Part shown: positions 63,235-64,000 of the stretch, piece by piece
Layout of the letters: each line of letters begins with the position of its first letter
How positions within the stretch are numbered: the stretch's first letter is position 1
NCBI GenBank assembly: GCA_051652765.1
Contig: JBOFUV010000034.1
Span: forward strand, 32,001-96,000
Source of the DNA: Microcoleaceae cyanobacterium
GTDB lineage: Bacteria; Cyanobacteriota; Cyanobacteriia; Cyanobacteriales; Microcoleaceae
Direction of reading: 5' to 3'
DNA length: 64,000 nt
Made by a program: the position numbers and the translations under genes
Notes under the pieces: generated by a model
Database searches by the model: none
Told to the model about the DNA's origin: nothing
What the model saw: only the letters and a program-made list of their open reading frames with translations

Positions 63235-64000
63235 ATGGGCTTAGTACGATGGGGCCCTCCCACGAAAATTGTCGATATTTTCAAAGAAAATTATCACCTC
63301 AAAAATTTTATTGAAACCGGTACTTATCATGGGGAAACAGCCTGGTGGGCAAGTCAGAGATTTCAACGAGTAATCACGATTGAAAGATCAGAGATCATCT
63401 ACAAACATGTTCAAGCTAAATATTCTCACATTGAAAATATAGAATTTCTCGAAGGTGACACCAGAAGCCAATTAGATCGGATTGTACCCAGCTTAAATTC
63501 TCCCAGTCTGTTTTGGCTAGATGCTCATTGGAGTGGGGGAGAAACCTATGGGGAAGGTGATGAATGTCCCCTACTAAAGGAAATTGAGATTATTAACCGC
63601 TCTAATTGTGAACATTTTATTTTTATTGATGACGCTCGCTTTTTCACTTCTCCACCCGTCAAACCCCATAAGATTGAACATTGGCCTGATCTTACAACTG
63701 TATTAAATCTTCTCAACTCTTCCGCTTCTGAGAGATATATTGTCATCCTAGATGACGTAATTATTGCAGTTCCCCATCAGGCAAAGCAAATCTTGGCTCA
63801 GTATTGTCAACAGGAAAACACTAAGGAATGGCTAGTATATTGCCAGCAACAGCAGAATGATCAGTCTGGTATAGAAGTAGCAGAACTTCCACCCAAGAGC
63901 GCAGAAGTTTCAGTAACATCTGGTTATCTAGACTTGAAAAAACTTTGTCAGCAATACTCGATCATTCCACAGGGTATTATTCATATCGGTGCCCATGAAG
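63235..64000 (+). CDS. Multi-domain methyltransferase (3' end runs off the window): N-terminal SAM-fold-like domain followed by the start of an FkbM-like domain
   Basis: Manual translation: MGLVRWGPP...FIETGTYHGET...FWLDAHWSGGET...CPLLKEI...FIDDARFF...YLDLKKLCQQYSIIPQGIIHIGAHE; AAGGAG RBS; open to the window end. Confidence 0.8.
   Translation, partial: MGLVRWGPPTKIVDIFKENYHLKNFIETGTYHGETAWWASQRFQRVITIERSEIIYKHVQAKYSHIENIEFLEGDTRSQLDRIVPSLNSPSLFWLDAHWSGGETYGEGDECPLLKEIEIINRSNCEHFIFIDDARFFTSPPVKPHKIEHWPDLTTVLNLLNSSASERYIVILDDVIIAVPHQAKQILAQYCQQENTKEWLVYCQQQQNDQSGIEVAELPPKSAEVSVTSGYLDLKKLCQQYSIIPQGIIHIGAHE

Overview
This is a cyanobacterial chromosomal segment with frequent HIP1 octamers (GCGATCGC); the gene set suggests a filamentous Oscillatoriales-like organism (inference). 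Most of it is housekeeping: recA, hslO, ppsA, uvrC, argJ, cytM, tRNA-Ala(GGC), prmA, serA, cbiD, guaA, mnmE, polyamine, peptide and sulfate ABC components, ggt, rimO, treZY and ftsH. FkbM-type methyltransferase genes sit at both window edges. The most notable part is a ~4.3 kb accessory defence-like block at ~40.3-44.65 kb. It holds (i) an uncharacterised two-gene pair, a winged-helix-like protein plus a DUF4145/HEPN-like protein cut by a single in-frame TAA just before its putative active-site motif; (ii) a BrnT/BrnA toxin-antitoxin pair whose toxin is broken by an internal deletion; and (iii) a convergent type II R-M system (C5-MTase, putative endonuclease of unrecognised family, controller protein) with readable C-box operators at both promoters. 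The block ends in a well-formed integron attC site, and there is no integrase in the window. Other non-coding signals are a 119-bp MITE with a TGA target duplication, a phased DnaA-box cluster after guaA, REP-like palindromes and many 12-15 bp tandem duplications. All calls come from reading the sequence; no database searches were run.
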